From: an uncultured Verrucomicrobiae bacterium
GTDB taxonomy: Bacteria > Verrucomicrobiota > Verrucomicrobiia > Chthoniobacterales > JAATET01
NCBI GenBank assembly: GCA_963719495.1
Contig: CAVRCI010000013.1
Span: forward strand, 480,001-544,000
Length of the DNA: 64,000 nt
Direction of reading: 5' to 3'
Below the pieces are notes generated by a model. That model had not been told where the DNA came from, did not search any database, and saw only the letters and a program-made list of their open reading frames with translations. Below are positions 29,945 to 39,843 of this stretch, in pieces (position 1 is the first letter of the stretch; every line of letters starts with the position of its first letter). A program made the translations under genes and the position numbers.

Positions 29945-31325
29945 AGGGGTCGGTCATTCATAATGACACATTTGCTCTCTCAATTGTTTGCCAGCTCCCG
30001 CGTCCGACCGCGCCGTCACGCCGGATGCTAATGCCCCTGCCACCCGGCATCCGACGCGCCGCCGCTCGCCTCTCGTAACTCGATCCCTCACCATCCCGCC
30101 CGCCCCCGTCCTGCAAATTCGACCCTGCGCCAGAGCGCTCCGGTTGGGTTACGATTGCGGCCTGCTTCGCTTCGCTCGCCCTTCGGGGCACGGGACCTGC
30201 GCGGCATGACATCGCCCAACAGCGGCACCGTATAGCCGTGCCTGACGCGGTGCCTCCCTAAAGGGGCCCTCCGCGGCACCGGTCGCCAGAGCGCTCCCTC
30301 GGCTAATACGTTGCCGCGAGTTGGGTGATATAATGCCTCCGACCCCGCCAGAGCGCGGGGTCGGGCAGGTCCCGCGCCAGGCCGCAACACAGAAGCGACG
30401 CCATACGGCAATGCCCGGTTCACCAGCCCTGCAGCCCACGCCGGGACGGGACCCAGAGCGGCCCCGCCCCCGCGTGGTCCGCTCCCGAGTGTAAGCCAGC
30501 CGCTCCGGATCGTTCCGGTGATCGGAGAGCCGATCATCCTCGCATCGAGCGGGCGCGCACGGCTCGCGCCAACACCCCCGCAGAGCCGGGGCGCTGTCAC
30601 GCCCCGTGCATGCGCGAGGATGCCAGTTGACGAAGGCGACGCGCTCTGCGTGAAGAATACCGAAAACGCGCTCAGCGCGATGTCCGCCATCGAAAAACTC
30701 GTGCTCTTACCCTTGCGCGGATCGGGAAGTCCCCCCGCCACGGCACGGAACTTCCCGATAATGCGGGCCAATCCGGGCGGCGTGGTTTTCATGGGTCCAA
30801 GCCATGCCGGTACTGCCCAAAAAGTATAAGTCCGCGCTCCAATTCACTTCCCCATCGAGTCAACCGACCGCCCTCCGGCACTTCAACAATACCAAAATGA
30901 GAACCGCTGAGGAGAATGCGCAGATCAAAAAAGGCGAACGTCCCGCTGGTTTCGAAGCGGGAACGGCCCGGGGTCGCCAAAAGGATTGCGACGCGTGTTG
31001 GACGAAAAAGAACGCGGAGACCCATTTTGGCTACAAGAACCACGCGAAAATCGACGCCAAGACCAAGCTCATCGACACGCACGCCACGACACCTGCCAAC
31101 GTGCATGACAGCCAAGTCTTCGCCCAACTCGTGGATGAAACTGATCAGGCGGCGCTAGCCGCCAGCGCCAATTATTCAGCGGAAAGCGAAGTCCATGTCC
31201 TCGAGCGCTGCGACGCGCAGGAGTTCATGATGCGAAAAGCCAACCGCAATCGCCCGCTGGACGAGGCCACCCGCAAATCCAACCACGCCATCAGCAAGAT
31301 TCGCGTGCGCGTCGAGCATGTCTTT
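29945..31325. repeat. Probable source copy of the 1381-bp inverted duplication
   Basis: Begins with aggggtcggtcattca; here the IS5 gene continues to its stop and right end. Confidence 0.93.
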
Positions 31326-31634
31326 GGACGAATTGCGCAGATGGGCATGGATTACTGCCGATCCATCGGAGTGCGACGCGCCAGCCGGCACAACAGCCTT
31401 TGTAATCTGGTCTACAATCTTGATCGCTACGCCATCCTCATGCGCGGGGCGTGAAAATCCCACCGAATCCCTCCTCGATGGTCCGAATTCCGGGCGGCTC
31501 GGGCTCGAATGGTCCGTCGTCCGGTCTCCAAACCGTTGCTTTTGGCCCCGCCGATGTCGCCAAATGACACGTCCGATCAAAAAATTTCCATCGATTCTCT
31601 CGTTGCGTCAAAATCAGCGTTACCGGAGGTGCCC
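30910..31634 (+). mobile_element. IS5-family remnant (3' half of transposase ending 31454, plus right end)
   Basis: FGYKNH, VRVEHVFG, LVYNLDR; terminal gaggtgccc followed by ttaa. Confidence 0.82.
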
Positions 31635-31797
31635 TTAATCATAATCTTTGTCTTTGTCGCTCCTCACCCGCTCGCGGCACCCCGCGATACCGATACGGAG
31701 ATACACGGAGAGTAAGACAAAGATTAAGATTATGAGAAAGAGTGGGTGCCGGCGGAGTCCCGTGTCCTTCCAATAACCAATAACCAACAACCAATAA
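31635..31797. repeat. Inverted hexamer-repeat arms plus heptamer tandem (ccaataa)x4
   Basis: taatcataatctttgtctttgtc ... gacaaagattaagattatgagaaagag; similar to 57304..57405. Confidence 0.7.
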
Positions 31798-31811
31798 CAC
31801 CTCACCCGCAC

Positions 31812-34448
31812 TTGAATCCTCGCGACATCCACCCTGGCCAGCGCTGGGCCTCCGACACCGAACCCGAACTCGGCCTCGGCATCCTTCTCAAAGCCGAATT
31901 CGGCCGCGTTGAAATTTATTTCCCCGCCGCCGCCGAGCACCGCCAATACGCGCTCGAATCCGCCCCCCTCCGCCGCATCGTCTTCCGCCCCGGCGACAAG
32001 ATCCGCACCCACGAGGACGAGCAACTCACCGTCGAATCCGTCACCACCGGCAGTGACGGCATCGCCACCTACACCGTCCGCGCCGACGGCAAAGACCGCG
32101 CCGTCCCCGAGGCCGAACTCGCCGACACCATCAGCTTCAGCGCCCCCGAAGACCGCCTCCTCGCCGGCCGCACCGACGACCTCGCCACCTTCGACCTCCG
32201 CGTTGCCACCCTCGGCCACCGCGCCCGCATCCGCCAATCCCCGATCCGCGGCTTCACCGGAGCCCGCATCGACCTCATCCCCCACCAGATCCACATCGCC
32301 TCCGAGGTCGCCAGCCGCCTCGCCCCCCGCGTCCTCCTCGCCGACGAAGTCGGTCTCGGCAAGACCATCGAAGCCTGCCTCGTCCTCCACCGCCTGCACC
32401 TCACCGGCCGCGCCGACCGCGTCCTCATCGTCCTCCCCGACCCGCTCGTCCACCAGTGGTTTGTGGAATTGCTCCGCCGCTTCAACCTGCTCTTCAGCCT
32501 CTTCGACGAAGAACGCGTCGCCGCCATCGAGGCCGGCGACCTCGACGCCAACCCGTTCCTCGACAGCCAACTCGTCATCGCCAGCGCCGCCTTTCTCGCA
32601 AACAACGTCAAGCGCGGCGACCAGGCCGTCGCCGCCGGTTGGGACCTCCTCATCGTCGACGAAGCCCACCACCTCGAGCTCGGCAGCCCCAGCTACGACC
32701 TCGCCGCCCGCCTGGCCGCGGCCATCCCCGCCGTCCTCCTCCTCACCGCCACCCCGCAGCAGCTCGGGCTCGAAGGCCACTTCAGCCGCCTCCGCCTACT
32801 CGACCCCGACCGCTACGCCGACTTCGACGCCTTCGTCGAAGAGTCGAATCGCTACACCGAAGTCGCGAAAGAAGCCGAAGTCCTCATAGCGAAAAAAGCC
32901 GCGCCCGCCGATTTGGCCGACCTGCTCGACCGCTTCGGCACCGGCCGCGTGATGTTCCGCAACACCCGCGCCGCCCTCACGGGTTTCCCCCAGCGCCGCG
33001 CCCACCTCGTCGCCATCGACCAGCCCCGCATCCTCTGGCTCGTCGCCCTCCTGCGCGCACTCGACCCCGCGAAGATCCTCCTCATCTGCCGCACCCGCGA
33101 GCTCGCCGAGCAGACCTACGAAGCGCTTCTCAAAGAAATCAGCGTCACCGCCGCCGTCTTCCACGAAGGCCTCACCCTCCTCCAGCGCGACCGCAACGCC
33201 GCCTTCTTCGCCGAACCCGACGGCGCCCGCATCCTTCTCTGCTCCGAGATCGGCAGCGAAGGCCGCAACTTCCAATTCGCCCACCACCTCGTCCTCTTCG
33301 ACCTCCCGGACGACCCGGAATTGCTCGAACAACGCATCGGCCGCCTCGACCGCATCGGCCAGACCGAGACCATCCACATCCACGTCCCCTACGAGACCCG
33401 CACCACGTCCGAGATCCTCGCCCGCTGGTATCACGAAGGCCTCGGCGCCTTCGAACGCAACCGCCACGGCGCCTCCGAGATCGCCGCCGCGCTCGACCCC
33501 GACCTTCGTGCCCTCCTCGAAGAACCCGACGAGAAGAAACTCACGAAATTCCTTCGGAAGTCCAAAGAACTAGCCGCCTCCGTCACCCAACGCCTCTCCG
33601 AAGGCCACGACCGCCTCCTCGAGCTCACCAGCAGCCAACCCGGTCGCGCCGCCGAGCTCATCGAGCGAATCGACCGCCGCGACACCGACCCCGCCTTCGA
33701 AGAATATCTTCTCGAGCTCTTCGACCATTTCGGTATCCACATCGAAGAACTCGGCCACCGCGGCTACCTCCTCCGCCCCGGTCACCTCCTCGCCGACGCC
33801 TTCCCCGGCCTCCCCGACGAAGGCCTCTCCGTCACCCTCGACCGCCCCCGAGCCTTGAGTCGCGAAGACCTCGGCTTCTTCTCCCAGGACCACCCCATGG
33901 TCCGCGGAGCCATCGACCTCCTCCTCGGTGCCGAAACCGGCAACTCCGCCTTCGGCGTCTGGCGCGCCCCCGCCCCGGAGGCCATCTACCTCGAGGCCCA
34001 CGCCATCGCCGAATGCGTCGCCCCGGCCAGCCTCCACGCCGACCGCTTCCTCCCCCCAAAGCCGATCCGCATCACCGTCGACCACCGCCTCGAAAACCAA
34101 ACCGAAAACGCCGCCCTATCGAAAGCCAAGCTCGAAAAAGGCGACATCCACCGCCTCCTCCACAACGACAAAATCAAGCGACGGCTCCTCCCCGCCATGC
34201 TCGCCGAAACCCAGCGCCTGGCCGAAATCGACCTCAAACTCCTGGTAAAGACGGCCACCACCACCATGGAAGCCCGCCTCCAGTCGGAGATCGACCGCCT
34301 GCGACACCTCGCAACGATCAACAACCAAATCCGCCCCGAAGAAATCCAAGCCATCGAAGACCAAAGGACAAATCTGCGAACCGCCCTGTCCGGCACCCGC
34401 CTCCGCCTGGACGCCCTCCGCCTAACCCACAAAACCCCCGCGGAGTAA
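31812..34448 (+). CDS. rapA: RNA polymerase-associated SNF2 ATPase RapA/HepA
   Basis: GQRWASDTEPELGLG, LLADEVGLGKT, DEAHH, LLLTATPQQLG, SEIGSEGRNFQF, EQRIGRLDRIGQ; TTG start assumed. Confidence 0.93.
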   Translation: MNPRDIHPGQRWASDTEPELGLGILLKAEFGRVEIYFPAAAEHRQYALESAPLRRIVFRPGDKIRTHEDEQLTVESVTTGSDGIATYTVRADGKDRAVPEAELADTISFSAPEDRLLAGRTDDLATFDLRVATLGHRARIRQSPIRGFTGARIDLIPHQIHIASEVASRLAPRVLLADEVGLGKTIEACLVLHRLHLTGRADRVLIVLPDPLVHQWFVELLRRFNLLFSLFDEERVAAIEAGDLDANPFLDSQLVIASAAFLANNVKRGDQAVAAGWDLLIVDEAHHLELGSPSYDLAARLAAAIPAVLLLTATPQQLGLEGHFSRLRLLDPDRYADFDAFVEESNRYTEVAKEAEVLIAKKAAPADLADLLDRFGTGRVMFRNTRAALTGFPQRRAHLVAIDQPRILWLVALLRALDPAKILLICRTRELAEQTYEALLKEISVTAAVFHEGLTLLQRDRNAAFFAEPDGARILLCSEIGSEGRNFQFAHHLVLFDLPDDPELLEQRIGRLDRIGQTETIHIHVPYETRTTSEILARWYHEGLGAFERNRHGASEIAAALDPDLRALLEEPDEKKLTKFLRKSKELAASVTQRLSEGHDRLLELTSSQPGRAAELIERIDRRDTDPAFEEYLLELFDHFGIHIEELGHRGYLLRPGHLLADAFPGLPDEGLSVTLDRPRALSREDLGFFSQDHPMVRGAIDLLLGAETGNSAFGVWRAPAPEAIYLEAHAIAECVAPASLHADRFLPPKPIRITVDHRLENQTENAALSKAKLEKGDIHRLLHNDKIKRRLLPAMLAETQRLAEIDLKLLVKTATTTMEARLQSEIDRLRHLATINNQIRPEEIQAIEDQRTNLRTALSGTRLRLDALRLTHKTPAE

Positions 34449-34507
34449 CCTTCGAGGAGCGGCGATTTTCAATCGCCGACCCACCCCAACGCGAAGCGCA
34501 AATCAAC

Positions 34508-35383
34508 ATGCTCTGGCAAACCCGCCGCCACCTCCACGACCTCACCCACGAGGCCGCCATCATGGGCATCCTCAACGTCACCCCGGATTCCTTCTCCGAC
34601 GGCGGCAGTTACACCGAACCCGACACCGCCGCCGCCCACGCGCTCCGCATGCAATCCGAAGGCGCCACCCTCATCGACGTCGGAGGCGAAAGCACCCGCC
34701 CCGGCTCCGAGATCGTCCCCACCGCCACCGAGATCGCCCGCGTCGTCCCCGTCATCGAGCGCATCCGTCGCGCCAGCGACATCACCATCTCCATCGACAC
34801 ATCCAAGTCCGAAGTCGCCCGCGCCGCCATCGCCGCCGGAGCCGACGTCATCAACGACGTCACCGGCCTCACTGCCGACCCGGCCATGGCCCCCCTCGCC
34901 GCCGAAACGAAAGTCGGCGTCATCATCATGCACATGCGGGGCACGCCGCGGACCATGCAGATCGCCCCCACCTACGAAGACGTCGTCGTCGAAGTCCGGG
35001 AATTCCTTCGACAGCAACTGGGGGCGGCGATAGCGTCCGGGATCGACGAAATGGCCATCGCATTAGACCCCGGCATCGGCTTCGGAAAGACCCCCGACCA
35101 CAACCGCCGCCTCCTGGCCAACTGCGAAGCCTTCGCCCTCACCCCGACCATTCACCATTCACCATTCACCGATCACGCGCGCAAGCGCCCCGTCTTGATC
35201 GGCGTCAGCCGCAAATCCTTCCTCGGCCACCTCGCCGGATCGAACACCATCGCCGACCGATTCTGGCCCGGAGTCGCCTTAACGAGCCTCTGCCGGGAAA
35301 AGGGAGCGCGAATCTTCCGAGTCCACGACGTAACCGCCCACCGAGACGCCGCGAGAATGACCGAAGCCATCCTCCAAGCATGA
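34508..35383 (+). CDS. folP: Dihydropteroate synthase
   Basis: IMGILNVTPDSFSDGG, DVGGESTRPG, DPGIGFGK, GVSRKSF, RVHDV. Confidence 0.96.
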   Translation: MLWQTRRHLHDLTHEAAIMGILNVTPDSFSDGGSYTEPDTAAAHALRMQSEGATLIDVGGESTRPGSEIVPTATEIARVVPVIERIRRASDITISIDTSKSEVARAAIAAGADVINDVTGLTADPAMAPLAAETKVGVIIMHMRGTPRTMQIAPTYEDVVVEVREFLRQQLGAAIASGIDEMAIALDPGIGFGKTPDHNRRLLANCEAFALTPTIHHSPFTDHARKRPVLIGVSRKSFLGHLAGSNTIADRFWPGVALTSLCREKGARIFRVHDVTAHRDAARMTEAILQA

Positions 35384-35432
35384 ATTCTCACCGCATTGAA
35401 TCTGCGAGAATCTGTTTAATCTGCGGACAAAA

Positions 35433-36227
35433 GTGAATTCCGAAACCCTGCAAACCGCGCTCACCTACGTCCGCGAGAATTGGACCGCCAGCATCGAGAT
35501 CACGATCATCGCGGTCGTTCTCTACTACATCTACAAATACCTCAAAGGCACCCGCGGAGCCCGCATCCTCATTGGATTGGCGGTCATTTTCATCACCCTC
35601 ACGCTCATCTCGCAGGTCTTCGAGCTCGCCGTCATCGGGTGGCTCCTGCGCAGCTTCTCCGTCTTCCTCGCCATCGCCCTCGTCGTCATTTTCCAGCCCG
35701 AACTCCGCCGCGCCCTCACCGAACTCGGCAGCCACCGCTTTTTCAGTAGCTCCTTCGAGAAAAAGGAAACCATCGAAGAACTCACCGACACCGTCTTCGA
35801 ACTCGCCGGCAAAGGCTTCGGCGCCCTCATCGCCGTCGAGCGCGAGATCGACCTCAAAGCCATCGCCACCACCGGCGTCATGGTCGATTGCGAATATTCC
35901 AAAGAATTGACCCTCACGGTCTTCCACCCCAAAACCGTCCTCCACGACGGCGGCATGATCGTCGCCAACGACCGCATCATGGCCGCCGGCTGCATCTTCC
36001 CGCTCACCCAGCGCGAAGACCTGGACCGCAACCTCGGCCTCCGCCACCGCGCCGCCCTCGGCATGAGCGAAGAGTCCGACGCCATCACCCTCATCGTCTC
36101 CGAGGAAACCGGTGCCGTCTCCATCTGCCACAACGGCGTGATCGAGCGAAACCTCAACGTCGAAACGTTCCGAAAGCAACTCAGCCGCCTCCTCCTCGTC
36201 GAGGACAGTGAAAGCGATGTTTCATAA
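35433..36227 (+). CDS. cdaA: Diadenylate cyclase CdaA
   Basis: 3 N-terminal TMs, VIFQPELRRAL, LHDGG, GLRHRAALG, VSEETG. Confidence 0.94.
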   Translation: MNSETLQTALTYVRENWTASIEITIIAVVLYYIYKYLKGTRGARILIGLAVIFITLTLISQVFELAVIGWLLRSFSVFLAIALVVIFQPELRRALTELGSHRFFSSSFEKKETIEELTDTVFELAGKGFGALIAVEREIDLKAIATTGVMVDCEYSKELTLTVFHPKTVLHDGGMIVANDRIMAAGCIFPLTQREDLDRNLGLRHRAALGMSEESDAITLIVSEETGAVSICHNGVIERNLNVETFRKQLSRLLLVEDSESDVS

Positions 36228-36360
36228 AGCCCTCCACAATTGGAAAGCCAAAGTCGTCTGCGTCTTCATCGCCACGATCCTCTGGTATCTCATCAACCAG
36301 AACGTCAACCAGCGAGGCTCCGCCCAGGACTGGCCCACCCCCGCCGCCTCGTTCAATTAG
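36217..36360 (+). CDS. 47-aa membrane peptide resembling the CdaR N-terminal TM anchor (not in the ORF track)
   Basis: MFHKALHNWKAKVVCVFIATILWYLINQNVNQRGSAQDWPTPAASFN; overlaps the cdaA stop and precedes glmM. Confidence 0.75.
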   Translation: MFHKALHNWKAKVVCVFIATILWYLINQNVNQRGSAQDWPTPAASFN

Positions 36361-36431
36361 CTCCGTCGCACCAGCGACCTAGCCATTTCGCATTCCCCAT
36401 TTCTAATTTCTAATTTCTAATTTTTGTAGCC

Positions 36432-37805
36432 ATGAAATTATTCGGAACCGACGGCGTCCGCGGCGTCGCCAACGTCCACCCGGTCACCGCCGAAGTCGCC
36501 CTCAAGCTCGGCCGCGCCGCCGCCCACGTCTTCAGTGAAAACGGCGGACCCTACGCCCGCGGAGCCGATCATCGTCCCAAAATCGTCCTCGGCAAGGACA
36601 CCCGGCTCTCCGGCTACATGCTCGAGAACGCCATCGTCGCCGGCATCACGTCCCTCGGCGTCGACGTCCTCGTCATTGGCCCCGTCCCCACCCCCGGCGT
36701 CGCCTACATCACCCGGTCCCTCCGCGCCGACGCCGGCATCGTCCTCTCCGCGTCCCACAACCCCTACGAAGACAACGGCATCAAATTTTTCCGCCACGAC
36801 GGCTACAAACTCGACGACCAGGTCGAGGCCCGCATCGAGCAACTCGTCTTCTCGGGCGAGATCGACGAGATCCGCCCCACCGCCGGAAAAATCGGCCGCG
36901 CCACCCGCATCGACGACGCCCTCGGCCGCTACGTCGAGCAAGCCAAGCAATCCTTCCCCCGCGGCCTCACCCTCGAGTCGCTCCGCATCGTCCTCGATTG
37001 CGCCAACGGCGCCGCCTACAAATCCTCCCCCTGCATCCTGCGCGAACTCGGCGCCAACCTCACCGTCGCCCACAACGCGCCCAACGGCACCAACATCAAC
37101 GCCGACTGCGGCAGCACCTACCCCGAAGAAATCTCCCGCTTGGTTCAAGAGACCAGAGCCGACATCGGCATCAGCCACGACGGCGACGCCGACCGCGTCC
37201 TCCTCGCCGACGAGACCGGCACGGTCGTCGACGGCGACGAAATCCTCGCCATCGCTGCCATCGAAAACCTCAAACGCGGCACCCTCGCCCACAACACCCT
37301 GGTCGCCACGATCATGAGCAACTACGGCCTCGAGGAAGCCCTCGCCCCCCACGGCGGCAAGGTCATCCGCACGAAAGTCGGCGACCGCTACGTCATCGAA
37401 GAAATGATGCGCGGCGGCTACACCGTCGGCGGCGAGCAGAGCGGCCACATGATCTTCCGCGACTTCTCGACGACCGGCGACGGCATCGTCAGCGCCCTCC
37501 AGATCCTCCACATCATGCTGGAAACCGGCCAGCCCCTCAGCAAACTCAAAGCCCAGCTCAAAAAATACCCCCAAGCCCAGCGAAACCTCAAAGTCCGCGA
37601 GAAACCACCCATCGAATCGCTCACCGAAGTCACCAAGCTCATCGCCGAAGCCGAGAAGGCCCTCGACGGCAAAGGCCGCGTCCTCCTCCGCTATTCCGGC
37701 ACCGAGCCCAAAATCCGCCTCCTCATCGAAGGCCGCGACGAGCACCAGATCGCCACCCAGGCCGACCAAATCGCCACCGCGATCCAGAACCAGATCGGCG
37801 CGTAA
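36432..37805 (+). CDS. glmM: Phosphoglucosamine mutase
   Basis: FGTDGVRG, GKDTRLSGYM, SASHNP, HDGDADR, GGEQSGH, RYSGTEP. Confidence 0.97.
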   Translation: MKLFGTDGVRGVANVHPVTAEVALKLGRAAAHVFSENGGPYARGADHRPKIVLGKDTRLSGYMLENAIVAGITSLGVDVLVIGPVPTPGVAYITRSLRADAGIVLSASHNPYEDNGIKFFRHDGYKLDDQVEARIEQLVFSGEIDEIRPTAGKIGRATRIDDALGRYVEQAKQSFPRGLTLESLRIVLDCANGAAYKSSPCILRELGANLTVAHNAPNGTNINADCGSTYPEEISRLVQETRADIGISHDGDADRVLLADETGTVVDGDEILAIAAIENLKRGTLAHNTLVATIMSNYGLEEALAPHGGKVIRTKVGDRYVIEEMMRGGYTVGGEQSGHMIFRDFSTTGDGIVSALQILHIMLETGQPLSKLKAQLKKYPQAQRNLKVREKPPIESLTEVTKLIAEAEKALDGKGRVLLRYSGTEPKIRLLIEGRDEHQIATQADQIATAIQNQIGA

Positions 37806-37826
37806 GCGCCGCCATCCAAGGAGGAG

Positions 37827-37871
37827 GGTAGGGAAGCCGCGCCGCCGGGTTCCGTGACCATCTCCCAGCGC
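37827..37871 (+). repeat. GTAG-type REP (copy of 10112)
   Basis: ggtagggaagccgcgccgccgggttccgtgaccatctcccag. Confidence 0.8.
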
Positions 37872-38130
37872 ACTCGCCACCCCAACCGACGCTCAAATTA
37901 CCCACATCGTGAGCCTGGAAAGGAAGTTGAGAGTTTGCAGTTGAGAGTCGAATGCCCGCGGATCAGTGACTTGTGAGCTTGGCATCACTCACTGGCAAGG
38001 TGAGCGCGAAATTTGGCTTCAGTCGCGTATTTCCAACTCTCGACTACCGACTCTCAACGATTCACTTTCCTTTTATGACTCCGCGAAACGGAAGGGACGC
38101 GACGCTCCGCGATCAAGCGCCAGCGTGGCC

Positions 38131-39843
38131 TCACCGAAGCCACCGGCGAGCCCAGGCGACCCATTCGACCGCGAGCAAAGCCAACGCAACGGCCACCAGC
38201 CACTTCCACGGTGCCGCCCCGAGCCTCCGCGCGCCGACTTCGAACCCATTCGCGCCCGATTCCCGCAGATCCGACTCCGTCCCGCCCGCCGGATTCACCG
38301 CCAGCCAATCCTCCGCCCCGTCGCGGTAAAAACCCGCTCGCTCGAACGTCTTCCCAGCAACGTCCCCAGCGCTCCCAGCCGATAATTCTCCCGCTCGCAA
38401 CGACTCCGGTTCCCGCACGCCCGCCAGCCAATGCACGGTGTTTGCCATCAGGAGCGGGAACGCGACCTTCAACGGAAGGTCGGACTCCTCGACCCGAAAA
38501 CCGAAAGTCGCCGTGCGGGTTCTGCCCTCGTCCCGCGTGCCGATGAGAACGTCGTCGACCGACCTCGCGACGGACGTCAGACCGACCACCGGCTCCGCTT
38601 CGGTGATGATCGCGCCGTCGAGCGAAAGACCGGCCAGCAAGGGGCTGTCGCCGACCGAATCCGTGATCACCGGATTCGAAATCCCGGTATCTCCGGTGGT
38701 CCACGGACTCCGCCCCACGAAGAGAAAATTCCCCGACTCCGCGGCGGCCTCGCGCGACATTCCTTCGGGCACGAAGTCGTCGAAAACGACCGCGTCGAAC
38801 GACAATTCCATACCGGGTCGCAACGCATCCGGGGTGAGCAATTCGAACGCGATTTCCGGATCCGAACTCAGCGCGTTTTCCAGAAACCAATTGCCCGCGC
38901 TCACCAAAAGCACGCGGGGCATCCCGCCGACCGGCACCGCGGCGCGCCCGACGTCGTCCGCCGCCAGCGCGTCTCCGCCCACCAACCGTCCGGTCAGCCA
39001 ACCGCGCTCGGATTCCAACTCGCGCGAGCCGAAGATTTTCACACTCTCGCGGGACCCACCGCCCGGGATCGTCAGCGGAACGACGTCGAGCGGACGGTCG
39101 TCCAGGCGAATCTCCAGATCGCGCGTCAACGGCTCGTCCGAAAAATTCCGCACCCGCACGAACAACTCCCGGGACTGCCCGCCATCGGGCAGTGGCCGGA
39201 CCGCGAAGTCGGTGATCGCCGCATTGTCCGCCCGCTCGCCCACCGCCACGACCTCGACGCCGGGGATCTCCACCGCCCGATCCGTGACGAAAACGATCCG
39301 CCCCTCGCCGTCGGCCAGGACGTCCCGCGAGAGGTCGAGCGCCGCCTCGATCGACCCACCGGCGTCGGTCACGCCCGCTTCCGCCACGGCTTCGCCCGCT
39401 CGCCGGGCGTCGGCGGTGAGCGGACTCACGCCACCCGACGTCGTGAGCACCGCGACGGGATTCCGCTCGCCGGCGCGGGCGGCGATCTGCTCCGCCGCTC
39501 CGCGCGCCCGCTCGAAGACCGTGCGTCCATCCCCGCCCGCCGCCCGCATCCGCAGCCGCGTATCCAGCACGACGACGGTGGGCTCGGGAACGAGCAGCGA
39601 CGAGAAATCCGGTCGCATGAGCGCGAGCAAAATCAGCAGAAAAATGAGGAGATTCAGCAGCAACGAACGCCAGCCCCGCACGCGCCCCAGCGCCATCCGA
39701 CTCGGCGCGGCGACCGGCACCGCCCGCCACCGCATCACCGACGGCACGACGATCCGCCGTCGCCGCTGCCGCAGCATGTAGAGCCCAACCAACACGGGAA
39801 CCCCCGCGAGGAACCAGGCCGCCCACGGAAAGAGAAACGTCAT
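38131..39843 (-). CDS. BatA-like / vWA-domain membrane protein
   Basis: MTFLFP...LYMLRQRRRRIVVPS..W double-TM N-terminus, VVVLDT, VFVTD, C-terminal AVEW TM. Confidence 0.8.
   Translation of the reverse strand: MTFLFPWAAWFLAGVPVLVGLYMLRQRRRRIVVPSVMRWRAVPVAAPSRMALGRVRGWRSLLLNLLIFLLILLALMRPDFSSLLVPEPTVVVLDTRLRMRAAGGDGRTVFERARGAAEQIAARAGERNPVAVLTTSGGVSPLTADARRAGEAVAEAGVTDAGGSIEAALDLSRDVLADGEGRIVFVTDRAVEIPGVEVVAVGERADNAAITDFAVRPLPDGGQSRELFVRVRNFSDEPLTRDLEIRLDDRPLDVVPLTIPGGGSRESVKIFGSRELESERGWLTGRLVGGDALAADDVGRAAVPVGGMPRVLLVSAGNWFLENALSSDPEIAFELLTPDALRPGMELSFDAVVFDDFVPEGMSREAAAESGNFLFVGRSPWTTGDTGISNPVITDSVGDSPLLAGLSLDGAIITEAEPVVGLTSVARSVDDVLIGTRDEGRTRTATFGFRVEESDLPLKVAFPLLMANTVHWLAGVREPESLRAGELSAGSAGDVAGKTFERAGFYRDGAEDWLAVNPAGGTESDLRESGANGFEVGARRLGAAPWKWLVAVALALLAVEWVAWARRWLR

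Noticed and set aside
32456..34507. Long Arg/Pro-rich shadow ORFs, including the apparent 975-aa folP extension and the 40721..43921 and 40901..43891 extensions
   Set aside because: Alternative-frame or antisense artefacts of high GC content overlapping clearly identifiable genes.
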